A stretch of 64,000 nucleotides of DNA from NCBI GenBank assembly GCA_046563655.1, contig CM102288.1, forward strand, positions 1,550,001 through 1,614,000, written 5' to 3'. The position numbers and the translations under genes are program-made. The DNA comes from Yuukianura sp. NJ FZ-2021. Lineage: Eukaryota. This document shows positions 62,639 through 64,000 of the stretch, in pieces. How positions within the stretch are numbered: position 1 is the first letter of the stretch; each line of letters begins with the position of its first letter. The notes under the pieces were generated by a model. It saw only the letters and a program-made list of their open reading frames with translations, did no database searches and was not told the DNA's origin.

Positions 62639-63071
62639 GTTTAGGATTTTACTCAATTAATACTTAGTTGTAAGCTTTAGGATTCAATTTAGTAATTAAG
62701 GTTTCAATTTGAATCAAATTTAACTTGAGTAGTTAGGTTTGTACTAGATTAAGGAAACTGAGCAATTTTTAACTTGGCCGTTCGAGTAACTTTTAATTTA
62801 ATTCTTATAATGCAAATCAGAAGTGATCGTGAGTGTATGTGACCTGTGTTTCCTAGTGAATTGGATGCTGGCCAGGTCAAGCAAAGACTGGCCTGCCCGC
62901 TCCCAGGCGAGGGACTTAGTCCACCCCTCAGGTCACCGAGGTCAGTTGATGGTTCACTTCCCTACTCTGTCCTTGTATGTGTGAAGTACTATCACTTTTG
63001 ATTTCATTTTTGCACTTATGCACTTTGTTTTGATTTTGGGATTTGAATCCGTGATTCAAATCGGAGGCCAG

Positions 63072-63673
63072 TGTTGAGAATTACTCAGCATTATCCCAAA
63101 TGGGAATAGAAATAATTTTAATATCAAATTGAAAGTGGGTTTAGGTTTAAGTGAAAATGAAAGTAATTTTAATTTGGAAATAGAATTAGTTTTAATTTAG
63201 AAGTTTAGTTTGCCTCGCATGAGAGGAGAAGAGAAGAGACGGAAATTAAGATGAATCTAAATGTAACCAAAGGGTTAATGTTGATCCACTTGCAGTGGAA
63301 TTAGAATCAAAGAGAAAGGGTTAGCGTCTACTTTTAATGTGTAAATACTATCATTGTACTACTGAGTTGCGCACTAGAGTAAGTACAGTAGAGCGTCCGC
63401 AAAAGTCAACGCTTTCCATAAGGTAGAATCTCTCCTCTTTTTACTACAGAAAAGATACACCACAAGAAGAGAGTCTTCAAGTAGCTTTTGCAGAGGCAGC
63501 AACTTACACATAGATTCTCACCTGTCACTTGTCACTTTTCAGTTCTCATTTTAAGCGCTTTTCAATTAGTAGTGTATAGAGTAATGTTAGGTTTCAAGTT
63601 TTATTATTAAATAAATGAATCAATTAGAAAACGTTCAGTGTTCAGAATCTGGCATTCCATCCAACATTCTTCA
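63072..63673 (+). repeat. 3' LTR (602 bp)
   Basis: Matches the 5' LTR by eye except for one C (TCTCTCCCTC vs TCTCTCCTC). Preceded by a short purine-rich GGAGGCCAG (candidate PPT). Confidence 0.97.
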
Positions 63674-64000
63674 AAAACTCCCCAAAAAGTCATTCTGAGC
63701 TATCCGAGAACTGAAAATTGCACTCCGATATTTTGCCTCGGAAAGCCCATCTGAAGTGAACCAAGCTCAATTTTTGTCAAAAAATTAATTTTTTTCATTC
63801 AAAACTCCCCAAAAAGTCATTCTGAGCTATCCGAGAGCTGAAAATTGCACTTCGATATTTTGCCTCGGAAAGCACATTTGAAGTGAACTAAGCTCAATTT
63901 TTGTCAAAAAATTAATTTTTTTCATTCAAGACTCCCCAAAAAGTCATTCTGAGCTATCTGAGAACTGAAAATTGCACACCGATATTTTGCCTCGGAAAGC
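63674..64000. repeat. Continuation of the 127-bp satellite beyond the LTR element (runs off the window end)
   Basis: AAAACTCCCCAAAAAGTCATTCTGAGC... resumes in register with the monomer interrupted at 56623. Confidence 0.97.

Larger units (their letters stand above)
56624..63673 (+). mobile_element. Full-length BEL/Pao LTR retrotransposon (7050 bp) inserted in the satellite
   Basis: TG...CA LTRs, 5-bp TSD AAAAC (56619-56623, 63674-63678), PBS, and gag-PR-RT-RH-IN order with Pao-type motifs. Confidence 0.97.

Noticed and set aside
62860..62960. HDV-like ribozyme in the retrotransposon 3' UTR
   Set aside because: Stem order is simple hairpins rather than the nested double pseudoknot; kept only as a generic structure finding.
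62639..63071. env-like third ORF in the BEL element
   Set aside because: Only about 430 bp with no long ORF between pol and the 3' LTR.

Overview
Eukaryotic, AT-rich, animal (arthropod-like) genomic DNA with short GT-AG introns; the species cannot be determined from sequence alone. The first ~37.5 kb is gene-dense: CPSF4/CPSF30 (+), a receptor guanylate cyclase (-, about 17 exons including 9-nt and 24-nt micro-exons in the catalytic domain), an uncharacterised RUN+PDZ-like gene (-), NSMCE1/Nse1 (-) and MRTF (+). Several non-autonomous TIR elements and a 44-bp minisatellite are interspersed. From ~40.2 kb the window is a 127-128-bp satellite array, interrupted by a Sola1-type DNA transposon remnant (AATT target duplication) and a very young full-length BEL/Pao LTR retrotransposon (AAAAC target duplication). 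The most unexpected signals are seven perfect copies of the DR1 13-mer AGGTCAAAGGTCA (some in coding exons or next to splice donors), frame-preserving micro-exons in the cyclase catalytic core, and an oppositely oriented cluster of YY1/Pho-type motifs at the gene/satellite boundary. All calls were made by eye; no database searches were run.
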